Shown here in pieces: positions 10,634-22,019 of a stretch of DNA of 64,000 nt (the first letter of the stretch is position 1; each line of letters opens with the position of its first letter). Source of the stretch: Phyllobates terribilis (lineage: Eukaryota); assembly GCF_046119375.1 (NCBI RefSeq), contig NW_027362765.1, positions 61,628,001-61,692,000 of the forward strand, written 5' to 3'. The translations under genes and the position numbers were made by a program. The notes below the pieces were generated by a model. That model did no database searches. It was not told the DNA's origin and saw nothing but the letters and a program-made list of their open reading frames with translations.

Positions 10634-11251
10634 TGTGGCACCCTGCTGTGCACAGGTACCACAGAAGCCAAAAAGGTGCATGGACGGACTTCTCCACAAG
10701 AGGCCCTCACTTCATACAAACACCTCCACCCTTCCATCTCAGACCACCAGAGGGAGCCCTGTTAGGGATATATATACTGGAGGGTGGAGTTAGGTAGTCA
10801 GAGTGTGCTGACGCTAGGAGATCAGTGAAGACACAGCACACTGATTAGTTGCAGCCTGAGGGGCCCCGAGTGTGGCCGGAGGCAAGGAGGAGAAGAGAGA
10901 GGAGTTGAGGGGGCAGAGGAGCATCACAGGCTCACCCCAAGAAATGAACCGGACACCGGGTCCGCGCCTACAGGGTCCTTTATACCCAGTAGGGATCACC
11001 GGCATACCAGGAGGACTACAAGTCCCTGGTCGACCTGAAGCTAAACCTATTACAGGACTAGGAACCACGAAGGCCCCAGCGTCCAGGGATAGTGGTTGCC
11101 AGAAAAAGGTCCTACTACCAAGCGACAGGTGAAGGAACAGCACAACACAAAAGCTAGGACCAGTTGCAGGCTGGCCAGGATCTTAGAGAGAGGGAGACAT
11201 GGACCAGGAGGCCTTATACCCGCTCACTGGGGAGAAGTCCTGAAGTGAAGC

Positions 11252-12291
11252 TGACTCGCCCCCTGGGCCGTGGGGCACTCGGATCCGTCAATAGGGGAAC
11301 GATGGGGGTAGTAGTGGCAACCCGGTTCCGTGGCTCAGGGTGGTCAGGTCAGTGGTAGTCTGCTATGCACTATTGATAATGTCCGACTACGCCACCCGTG
11401 GATTTGCGGTCATTAGGAACCGCCGCTGCAAGGCAGACCGCTGGGGCTGATGATGTATGCAGCTGGGATGGTGTGACTCCCCACGGGAAGACTGTGGCCC
11501 CAGGGCAGTGTAGTGGATGGTCGGAGTGATGGTAGTGAGAGTCCCAGTGCTGATAGTGCTGGAGGAGCAAGGAGCACACAGACAACAGGTTGCAGTCCAG
11601 GGTCTTTACTAGAACAGGTAAACTGACCCACAAACAGTCCCGGCTAGGAGGGGACCTGGATGTCTGAGAGCAATGGGGAAATTGACCCTGGTCAGGGTGA
11701 GGGTGTAGGCCTACCGTGCTTTCTGCACTCCTTCTGGCTATCTCCTCCTTATAGGGTAATAGCCCACGTTTCTGAGCTCTCCGTGTATTCTCGCCTGTAT
11801 GGCCTGCAACGTGGGTTCCTTTCTGCTCCCGGCCTGGTATGGCTTTACCGGTCCCTTCTGTTGTGGCAGAGCCTCCAGGCTTCTTAGGCCAAGGAATATA
11901 CAGTCCCCTGCGGACTGGTTATCTGCTGTAGGATGTGGAATCCTCCCAGCCTCAGACACCAAAGTCTGGTAAATTAAGTCCTTTATCTGCCAAGACAGGC
12001 TCACTTCGCCTCTTGTCTCTGGCTTGTGGCTCTTCTCCTGCCACACTTCCTTTTAGGTGCAATACAACTTTCTGTCCCTGCTCTGCTCTGGGACAAGTCT
12101 CAGTCCTGAGACAGGTCATCCAGTTCTCCCTAACCCTGCCCCCAGCACCAGCTTTTATAGGGGCAGCCTGCTCCCCCTACTGGCCTGAGACAGGAGGTAC
12201 TGCATGCTAATGTTCCCCTGACCAGAGAACCTCCCCCTTGCTCTCAGACACAGCTTTATTACACTTGTGGCATCCAGGCCAGGGTGACACA
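11252..12291 (-). repeat. 3' LTR of element C
   Basis: Near-identical to 18140-19163 and preceded by the PPT on the minus strand. Confidence 0.95.
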
Positions 12292-12677
12292 TTCCCCCCT
12301 AGTGAAATTTAGTACTCCTGGACTAAACAATAAACAAAGACAATATGCATAACCATAAAACATTAACAGACAGACCGCGCACAGATTGAGTTCTTAAGGT
12401 CACAGTGTGGCCTGGGACCGGGTGTCCATATCACCAACCCAACGGGGAGCCTTAACCAGGTGGGGGTCTGTCCTACCCCAAGTCCTTTACAGTCTTAGTT
12501 CATTCCTTGGTTAGGCTCCAAACGCAGTCCATACAAGGTCCCGGTTATAAAAAGTCCATAACCTTTGAGTCCTTACAGTAGCTGCAAGAAACTGAAACAT
12601 AGAATTATCAAACATGCGTGTAACTTGGCAAACATTTCAACATTTGGCAACAGGGTTATTTACAATTTTAGTACACT

Positions 12678-15600
12678 CTATATTTTCCAGCGAGCGGGTA
12701 TCTGCCCTTTTGTGCTCCTGGTTGATCTCCTAACCCACTGTCTGGTGGTGGACTGACTTGGCTTTCCCCACTAGCGTTAGGGGTACAGCTACCAGCTGGG
12801 TGTACAGGTAGGGCAGGCAGCTGTCTGCGGGTCCTTTGGCTTACCGCAGGCATGGCAGGCTCACTGTCAGCAGAGGGTTGACTCTCCTGGGCTGCTGGTA
12901 CAGGCTCTTCTGCCTCTGGAGCCGCTTGCTCCTCTTCACCTTCCGGCTCTGGTGTTGGTTGTTGCTGTGGCGGTTGCAGGAAATGCAGGACGGGTACCAC
13001 TATGGCATCATTTATGCGAGTCCAGGACTGAGGGAACTCTCCGAGAACGGTGCTGATCATTTCTTCCTTGTCTTCTGCGGGTTCAAGGTCACTCTGATCC
13101 TCTTCTGCACTCTTCTGCACTACGGAGTTGCTCGGGGCACCTTTTGAGGTGGTCTCTGGAGACGACACTAGTGGTTTCTCCTCCGTCCTTGGTGATTACG
13201 CACACCTTTGGGTTGTCGTGGTCAGACTGCAGTACGGTGTAGCCTTCTCTTCCGCTTCAGGACCTGCTCACCAGGTTCTAGGGGACCTGCAGGGGCGTGT
13301 TGGTTGAAGAGTTTTTCTTGCCTCTCTCTCACCTGGGCCAGGCTCTTCTCCACACTCTCCTGTACCTTCTTGTACTGCAGTTGCCTTTCCGTATCCCAGT
13401 CTGCATCCGGGGAGGTGTCCTCAGGTGTTAGGACTCCCATCTCCAGGTCTACGGGCAGCTTACCTGGTCTGGCTCGCATCAGGTAAGCCGGGGTGCAGTT
13501 GGTAGCGTTCACCGGGATATGATTGTATAAGTCTATCAGGTCCGGCAGTTTTTCTGGCCACAGGCTGGGTTCCTCCAGGGGCAACGTCTTCAGGAGATCA
13601 ATGACTATATTGTTCATCTTCTCACACATCCCATTGGTTTGTGGGTAGTAAGGCGTTGTCCGAATCTTCTTACAGCCATAGAGGTTGCAGAACTCTTGGA
13701 AGATTTCAGCCTCGAACGCTGGGCCCTGGTCTGTCAGGACCTGTTCCGGATACCCGTGTGGACGGCAGAAGTATTGCTGGAAGGCTCTGGCCGCTGTTTG
13801 GGCTCTCAAGTCCTTTACCGGGAGCACCACTAGAAAACGGGAATAGTGGTCCACGATTGTCAGGGCATAGATGTATCCTGACCGGCTGGGAGCCAATTTG
13901 ACATGGTCCAGAGCTACCAGTTCAAGAGGCTGCGTGGTGACAATGGGCCTCAAGGGTGTCTTCTGGCTGGCACGGTCCTTCCTCCTTAGGTGACAAGGGC
14001 CACAGTCTCTGCACCACTTTTCTACAGCCCCTCTCATGCCGACCCAAAAGAACCGTCCTCTTAGCAGGAACTCCAGTTTCTTCCAACCGAAGTGCCCCGC
14101 TCTGTCATGGTAAGCCCCCAGGACCATAGCTGCATCCCGCCTTGGAACCACGACTTGCCAGGTCAGCTCGTGCGTCCGGTGGTTGACAATCCTTCTGCAC
14201 AGCTTGCCTTCATAGAGGAACAGCTTGCTCTTCTCTTTCCATAGCTGCTTGGCTTCCTCTGGAGCATCCGGATCCATGCGGGCATCTTCCTGGGTCAGCA
14301 GATCTTTCACTAGGCGGATGGCAGGGTCACTATCTTGGGTCTCGGCCCAGCTGTGGTGAGGTAGGGGATTGATCATCACGGTTGTTAGATCCTCCTCCTT
14401 CACGCGGTGGGAGTATTGAGCTGCTCCATACCGGTGAAACGCGGGGAGTTCTACCTCCTCCAGCTCTTCTGGGTCTTCGTCACTTTCAGGTAAGTGAGGC
14501 ATTCTCGATAGGGCGTCAGCGTTGGCATTGGTTTTGCCTGCCCGGTACTTGATCACGAAGTCATAATTGGAGAGACGGGCCATCTACCGCTGTTCCAGGG
14601 CACCAAGTCTTGCATTGTCTAGGTGTGTTAACGGGTTGTTGTCCGTGTACACCGTGAACTTTGCGGAGGCCAGGTAATGCTTGAAGCGTTCCGTTACGGC
14701 CCACACCACCGCCAAGAATTCTAGCTTGAAGGAGCTGTAATTCTCCGGGTTCCTCTCGGTGGGTCTCAGCTTCCGGCTGGCGTACGCGATCACCCTTTCT
14801 CTGCCCTGTTGGTTTTGGGACAGTACGGCTCACAGTCCCACATTACTGGCGTCTGTGTGGAGAATAAAAGGCTGGCCATAGTCAGGGTAGGCCAGGATCT
14901 CATCCCCCGTGAGGGCCATCTTCAAACGGCGGAAGGACTCCTCTTCCGGTTTATCCCACTTGAAGGGTGGCTTTTGGCTTCTGGACTTAGACTGTCCGAT
15001 CAGGAGGTCCTGCATAGGAGCTGCCATCTTAGTGAACCCGGGGATGAACATTCGGTAGTAGCCTACCAACCCGAGGAACAATCTCACCTCTTTGATGTTC
15101 GAGGGGCTTGGCCAGCTCTTGATTGCCGTGACCTTGTCAGAGTCGGGGGCCACTCCTTCCGCTCTTACCACGTGCCCTAGGTACTGGACCTTTGGTTTCA
15201 ACAGGTGACACTTCGATGGTTTCACCTTCAGGCCATAGCCTGCCAGGGCTTCGAACACCTCGGCCAGGTGCTTTAGGTGGTCCTCGTAGGTCTTCGAATA
15301 GACGATCACGTCGTCCAGGTAAAGGAGGACCGTCTCGAAGTTTCGGTGCCCTAGACAGCATTCCATCAGCCGCTGGAAGGTCCCTGGTGCGTTGCAGAGC
15401 CCGAAAGGCATGCAGTTGAATTCGCTCAGTCCCATCGGGGTGGTGAAGGCGGTCTTCTCCTTGTCAGCCTCTGCCACAGGAACCTGCCAGTACCCGCTAG
15501 TAAGGTCCAAAGTAGAAAAGAAGTTAGCAGATTTTAGGGTGGCTAAAGACTCCTCTATTCTAGGCAGCGGATATGCGTCTTTGTGGGTGATACGGTTGAT

Positions 15601-16821
15601 TTGTCTATAGTCCACGCACATCCTCATGGTGCCGTCTTTCTTTTTCACCAGAGCCAAGGGGGCTGCCCAGGGGCTACAGCTATCTCTGATGACCCCAGCT
15701 TCCTTCATTTCTCTTAGCATGCCCTTTGCGATCTGATAATGTGCAGGGGGTACAGGCCTGTGTCTCTCTTTTATTGGTGGGTGGCTCCCCGTGGGGATAT
15801 GGTGTTCTATCCCTTTTACTCTGCCAAAGTCTAGCGGGTGCTTACTAAAAATTCTCTCGTACTCCTGGACCACCCGGTAGACTCCTTGTTTTTGGTGCAG
15901 GGGAGTGGAGTCAGCACCCACATGGAGTTTCTGGCACCAGTCCTCCTTTTGTTTCTGGGAGCCATTACCCTCCGCCTGAGGAGATGGAGGCAAGGGTTCC
16001 ACGGCCCTGATAGCTTTGTGTTCGACAACAAACAGTTTGGCAAGTGTAGCGTACCTGGGTAAGTGTACCTCTCTCTCCCCAATGTTGAGAATGCGAACGG
16101 GCACCCTCCCATGGCGGACATCAACCACCCCCCTGGCTGTCAAAATGGTGGGCCTGCTGTCTGAGTACACGGGTTCTACCATGGCTTGGTAGTCTCTACC
16201 TCTCAACCCGATTGCAGTCCGACACCAGATCATCATTTCACTTTTGGGAGGCATGGAAATGGGGAATGGGTCACTCAGTCTTACGCTACCGATCTCACAA
16301 CCAGACAGTTCTACCTGCTGCCGTCTCATCAGGGCTTTTATCTCCTTGTTGAGGACTCTCTGTTGGCTGGAACTAGCATTCACCGCCACCTGTTGTAGAA
16401 TTACAATTACCTCTGAAAGACAATTTTCAATCACGTTAGTACCCACAGTTATTTTAGGATGACTTTCACGATGGTCAATGTCCACAATAATTACTCCCTG
16501 TGCCGGCAGTTCAACTTTACCAATCTTAATGGTCATCTCCTTGAACCCCATCTGCGGCACGGGTAAGCCATTACTGGCGATGATGCTCAAGTTACTGTCT
16601 GGATACCGTGTGATATCAGCATCAGTCCAACACTGCTTAAAAAGTACATAAGGGATAGTGGTTACTTGCGACCCGGTATCCAGCAAGGCGCTCATGGGGA
16701 TACCGTCCAGCACCACGGGTAAAACCGGGCGCCCCCCAACGTACTTAACACACCAATTATAAGGGCCTGGTGATCTTATGCCTGGGGGTTGGCCCTCTGC
16801 CCCAGGTTGGACCCGTTTAAA
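12678..16821 (-). pseudogene. pol of element C (protease, RT, RNase H, integrase)
   Basis: LLDTGS protease, YLDD RT, TDAS RNase H and DDE integrase motifs. Frameshifts at about 14830 and about 13220; TAG at about 14584. Confidence 0.95.
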
Positions 16822-17767
16822 TTACAGTACCTGGAAATGTGTCCGGGCTGGTTGCATCGACGGCAAATGGGCTGTCCATCCTCTGCGTAGCGGTCTGTGG
16901 GCCTCCCTCGGAATGATGGGATCCTCCTCTGTCGACGCCACGGGACATCCTCCGGACTTCAAGCCAGCTCGATGGGTCTTGACGGATCCACTTGCAAAGC
17001 CTGGACGGTCCTGGTCAACGCCGCGACACTCCTGGTCAGCTCCTGGACTTGGTGGTGCAGGTCTTTCGACGGGGCTTGGTTCAGGGCCTGTGCATCAGCC
17101 CCCACGGGTCCATAGAGGAGGGCGCCGCCTCTTGGTGGTAGGTGAGAGCAGGGCGCCGGGGGTTTATAGCGCCACTGGTTGCAGATTCACGGAGCACCCT
17201 TATGGCCCTGTCCTTAAATTGGGCAAAGGTCAGGTCGGGGTTCTGAAAGAACATGAGGAGCAGTTGGGCCCTGTGGGCACTAGACAGCAGACCTTCTATG
17301 AATTGTTCTGTTAGCAGCTTATCCGTTTCCTGCACACTGCCAGGGTCAGTTTGTTGAATAGCCCTCAAGGCTTCCTGCAGATTTAGAGCATAGTCTCTGA
17401 TGCTGTCCTGTGCCCGCTGCTTACATCCATAGAACCTCATTTTAATCTCAGCGGAGGTACGTGTGTCAAAGGTACCCCGCAGCCGGGCCAGAATACCCTT
17501 CACAGTCCTTTTCTCCTCAGTGGGCCATGATTTTACCTCCCTTTGGGCTGCGCCAGTTAACTGCCCTGTTAGTATGCTGACCTTCTGTTCCTCTGTCAGG
17601 GGGTAGACTTGGAACAAACTGTACAGCCTTTCCTTAAAGTCAGTTAGGGCATGGGGCTCCCCTGAGTACTTGGGCAGCTAGGCCGCTCCAGGGATGTAGG
17701 GCAGGGAAAAGGGCATCACCGCTGCTGCAGCTGCGCTGGTGGTAGTGGGTGCCTCCGTGTCCAACAT
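16776..17767 (-). pseudogene. gag of element C with CCHC zinc knuckle
   Basis: ATG at 17767; knuckle CRRCNQPGHISRYC; in-frame TGG>TAG at about 17678. Confidence 0.9.
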
Positions 17768-18117
17768 CTTTCTCCCCCCTAGTCAAGCGTGGCCTACCTT
17801 CCGACGATCCTGTTCTGTAGGCCGCGGCTCCGCTGATGCCGCTCTGGACGAGGACCTTGCGTCGCGTCCTGGTGACGTCAGCGTCGCTCTCTCTCCCTTC
17901 CAGGACCTTGCGCAGCGTCGGTCCGTGGGGCGGAGCTTCAGGTCTCACGCGCTTCCAGCGTCCACGCCCCTCTTCTTCCCGCGCGGCGTCCTGAAGATGG
18001 CGTCCGACGGCGGGAAAACGACTTCGGATGGCGGGAAAACAGCTGAAGATGGCGGGAACCGACTGAAGATGGCGGGAAATGGCTCCGGATGGCGGGACCG
18101 GTGGTTGCGGGCACAAT

Positions 18118-18135
18118 ATCCTGCCGACTACGCCA
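18118..18135 (-). promoter_or_regulatory. PBS of element C (tRNA-Ser)
   Basis: TGGCGTAGTCGGCAGGAT after a 4-nt GCTT spacer. Confidence 0.9.
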
Positions 18136-18139
18136 AAGC

Positions 18140-19163
18140 TGACTCGCCCCCTGGGCCGTTGGGCACTCAGATCCGGGCAATAGGGGAACGATGGGGGTAG
18201 TAGTGGCAACCCGGTTCCGTGGATCAGGGTGGTCAGGCCAGTGGTAGTCTGCTATGCACTATTCATAATGTCCGACTATGCCACCAGTGGATTTGCGGTC
18301 ATTAGGAACAAGCCGCTGCAAGGCAGACCGCTGGGGCTGATGATGTATGCAGCTGGGATGGTGTGACTCCCCACGAGAAGACTGCGGCCCCAGGGCAGTG
18401 TAGTGGATGGTGGGAGTGATGGTAGTGAGAGTCCCAGTGCTGATAGTGCTGGAGGAGCAAGGAGCACACAGACAACAGGTTGCAGGCAGGGTCTTTACTA
18501 GAACAGGTAAACTGACCCACAAACAGTCCCGGCTAGGAGGGGACCTGGATGTCTGAGAGCAATGGGGAAATTGGCCCTGGTCAGGGTGAGAGTGTAGGCC
18601 TACCGTGCTTTCTGCGCTCCTTCTGGCTATCTCCTCCTTATAGGGTAACAGCCCACGTTTCCGAGCTCTCCGTGTATTCTCGCCTGTATGGCCTGCAACG
18701 TGGGTTCCTTTCTGCTCCCGGCCTGGTACGGCTTTACCGGTCCCTTCTGTTGTGGCAGAGCCTCCAGTCTTCTTAGGCCAAGGAATATACAGTCCCCTGC
18801 GGACTGGTTATCTGCTGTAGGATGTGGAATCCTCCCAACCTCAGACACCAAAGTCTGGTAAATTAAGTCCTTTATCTGCCAAGACAGGCTCACTTCGCCT
18901 CTTGTCTCTGGCTTGTGGCTCTCCTCCTGCCACACTTCCTCTTAGGTGCAATACAACTTTCTGTCCCTGCTCTGCTCTGGGACAAGTCTCAGTCCTGAGA
19001 CAGGTCATCCGGTTCTCCCTAACCCTGCCCCCAGCACCAGCTTTTATAGGGGCAGCCTGCTCCCCCTACTGGCCTGAGACAGGAGGTACTGCATGCTAAT
19101 GTTCCCCTGACCAGAGAACCTCCTCCTTGCTCTCAGACACAGCTTTATTACACTTGTGACACA
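18140..19163 (-). repeat. 5' LTR of element C
   Basis: Matches the 3' LTR except for a 17-bp deletion near its 5' terminus. Confidence 0.95.
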
Positions 19164-19289
19164 CACCCTACCTACCGAGTACACTGGACCGTACTTGACA
19201 TCTGCACCAGTAAAGGTATTGAAGCGAATCCCCTGTCTCTGTCAGTTACTCCTGCTGCGCCATCCCGACTGCACCACAAGTCCCAGCAG

Positions 19290-19600
19290 ATTTGTCCCGG
19301 GCATCTCCCCTGCTGTGATAACATTGTACCCCAAGACATCAGACTGTCACCTACTGTGGTAACCTTGAAAAGGAAGCTGAAGATCCACTTCTTCTGACAA
19401 GCGTACATTCTGTGGTAACCCTCGCTCCAGCATACCGCAGCATGACCAGCTGTACCCTGACCTACTGTATCCTCACCGATCCCTTGTAGATTATTTGTGT
19501 GCCCTCACAGGCAGGGTCCTCTCTTCCCTTGTACCAGTCGGTGACCCCTTTTCACATGTAAAGCGCCACGGAATAAATGTCTCTGTAATAGTAATAATAA
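19290..19600 (+). mobile_element. 3' end fragment of an L2-type LINE
   Basis: Similar to 46900-47240 (TTGTAGATT...GCAGGGTCCTC...GGAATAAATG, then a TAA-rich tail). Confidence 0.75.
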
Positions 19601-19844
19601 TTATAGTACTTCTACTCTGGGTCAATTGATAGCACTTTCCTGGTGTCTACCCCTAATTTGATGTGTTTTGGCAGCTTTTGGGCCCATTTGAAGGTGCTGT
19701 ATATGCGTTTTTTTTGTCCCCCGATTAAATCCTATGGCATTCGGAAATGTTCGACGAACATTCGACGAATAAATTTGGCGAATGTCTAAATATCCAGCGA
19801 GCATTTCCGAACCGAACATTGAAATGTTCGCTCATCTCTAGCCA

Positions 19845-20889
19845 CGACCCATCTTTAATGGTCTTACTGAGGGAAGGAGGTTGTTGGCCAAAATCTTGCG
19901 ATACCTGACCCCATCCATCCCCTCTTCAATATGGTGCCGTCATCCCATCTTCTTTGCAGAAAAGCACCCCCAGAGTATGATGTTCCCCCACCAAGCTTCA
20001 CGGTTGGGACAGTGTTCTTGAGGTTTTACTCATCATTCTTCTTCCTCCAAACACGGCAAGTGGAGTTGATACCAAAAAGTTCTATTTTGGTCTCATATGA
20101 CCACATGACCCTCTCCCATGCCTCCTCTGGATCATCCAGATAGTCATTGGAGAACTTCAAACGGGCTTGGATGTGAGCAGGGGGACCTTGCATGCCCTGC
20201 AGGATTTTCATCAATGACAGCGTAGTGTGTCACTAACAGTAATGTTTGAGACTATGGTCCCAGCTCTATTCAGGTCATTAACCAAGTCCTCCCGTGTAGT
20301 TCAGGGCTCTTTCCTTACCTTTCTCAGAATCACCCTTACCCCACGAGGCGATATCTTGCATGGAGCACCAAAGCAAGGAAGATTGACAGTCATCTTGTGT
20401 TTCTTCCATTTTCTAACAATTGCACCAATAGTTGTTGCTTTCTCACCGACCTGCTTGCCTATTGTCTTGTAGTCCATCCCAGCCTTGTGCAAGTCTACAG
20501 TGTTGTCGCTGGTGTCCTTAGACAGCTCTTTGGTCTTGGCCATGGTGGAGAGGTTGAAGAGTGATTGATTGTTCGGACAGGTGTCTTTTATACAGGTAAC
20601 GAGTTCAAACAGGTGCAATTAATACAGGTAATGAGTGCACTTCTTAAAGAAAAACTAACAGGTCTGTGAGAGCAGAATTCTTGCTGAATGGTAGGTGATC
20701 AAATACATCTATCATGCAATAAAATGCAATTTAATTATGTAAAAATCATAAAATGTGATTTTCTGGATCTGTTTTTTAGATTTTGTCTCTCACAGTGTAC
20801 TTACGATAGAAATTACAGACCTCTCCATTTTTTTTAGGTGGAAAAACTTGCAAAATCGGCAGTGTATCAAATACTTATTTTCCCCACTG
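19845..20889 (-). mobile_element. Tc1/mariner 5' half
   Basis: TIR CAGTGGGGAAAATAAGTATTTGATACAC next to TA; transposase N-terminus [11 protein letters not shown]... Confidence 0.85.
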
Positions 20890-22019
20890 TATTACACACT
20901 TAAACTATGATGGAAACCATGTGGAGGAGTAGGGTGCACAGTTTCCTTGTTTAGATGTCCCGTTTGAGCACTGCAGTCTATTCTTACTGTGAGTCCTCTC
21001 ACCTCATCTCTGACTCGAAGCACTATGCAAAGAGGAGATCATGACGCACGTGGGAAGATTCCAGGATTCTCAAGAAATAAATTTTAATGGTCTACTGCTC
21101 AGCAAAAGGCCCCAATGTTGGGTGGGATCTTCATAATTGAATTTCACAGAAAAATGCACCTAAAATTTACAATTTATTGATATCATTTAAAAATTCACAG
21201 TATTCAAGAAAAAGAAACAAAAAAGCAAAAAAAAAATTGTTTTTTTTTCTGCAGGAAATAGGCACAGCGGTAGTGTCCATGGGTCTTTGAGTCCTTTTAC
21301 ATATATATATTACACTCCGCAACATTAACATTGCAACACCAAGAAGGAAATATTTTGGAATTATAGAAATCACAAGATTGTTAGATATGTTAATGATATG
21401 AAAATAATAAAAAAGGAAACAAAATTTTCAGTTTTCAGGTATGAATATCATGCGCAAAAATACACGCACTAACATGCTGTTGCATGTTATCAATAAGGTC
21501 ATTAATTGTTGTCTGAAGACTAATATAAAAAGGTTTGTGAATATAGCTCACTCGTTCAATATATGTCTATTGTTTAATCTGGTTCCTGGTCAGTCCACTC
21601 CACTATGCACTGATAAAGCTTGTGCAGGAATCAAGCAACTTTGTTCAAAGTTATGAAAAGAGTTTTTTCAATCCAGCAAAGTGAATTCACTTAGCTGGAT
21701 TGAAAAACATCTTTCTATCACTTTGTCTGAAGAATATTCTGCCATGCTGAATGCATTGGGGCATACAAATCGTCAAAATCCGCTACTGGAAGATGCATTT
21801 GCAATTGCAGATGAGTGACATTTCAGGTGTGATCGATGGGAGACAAGTCCTGAGACGCTGCAGGCCATGATAGCATGTTTATACCATGTTTTTCTTTAAA
21901 ACGTTTTCCACATTCGGAGAATGAAAACACCTTGTTTTCCCTTCATGACTTATCTGATGAGTAGCAAGATGGGATTTTTGTGTAAAACGTTTCCCACATT
22001 CTGGACACGAAAATGGCTT

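Larger units (their letters stand above)
11252..19163 (-). mobile_element. Full-length but inactivated Ty3/Gypsy element C
   Basis: LTRs at 11252-12291 and 18140-19163, PBS 18118-18135, PPT 12292-12301, domain order gag-PR-RT-RH-INT. Confidence 0.95.
7083..19288 (+). mobile_element. Ty3/Gypsy element B, integrase only; its 3' LTR is split by element C and truncated
   Basis: 5' LTR 7083-8139, PBS 8145-8163, INT ORF, PPT about 10624-10633, 3' LTR 10634-11247 resuming at 19164-19288. Confidence 0.9.

Noticed and set aside
12678-16821. Envelope gene or chromodomain in the Gypsy elements
   Set aside because: No ORF between the INT stop and the PPT, and the INT tail is acidic and Pro-rich without chromodomain motifs.
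16778-18200. Antisense and leader ORFs overlapping Gypsy gag, pol and LTRs
   Set aside because: GC-rich shadow frames; many use non-ATG starts and are not conserved in length among A, C and D.
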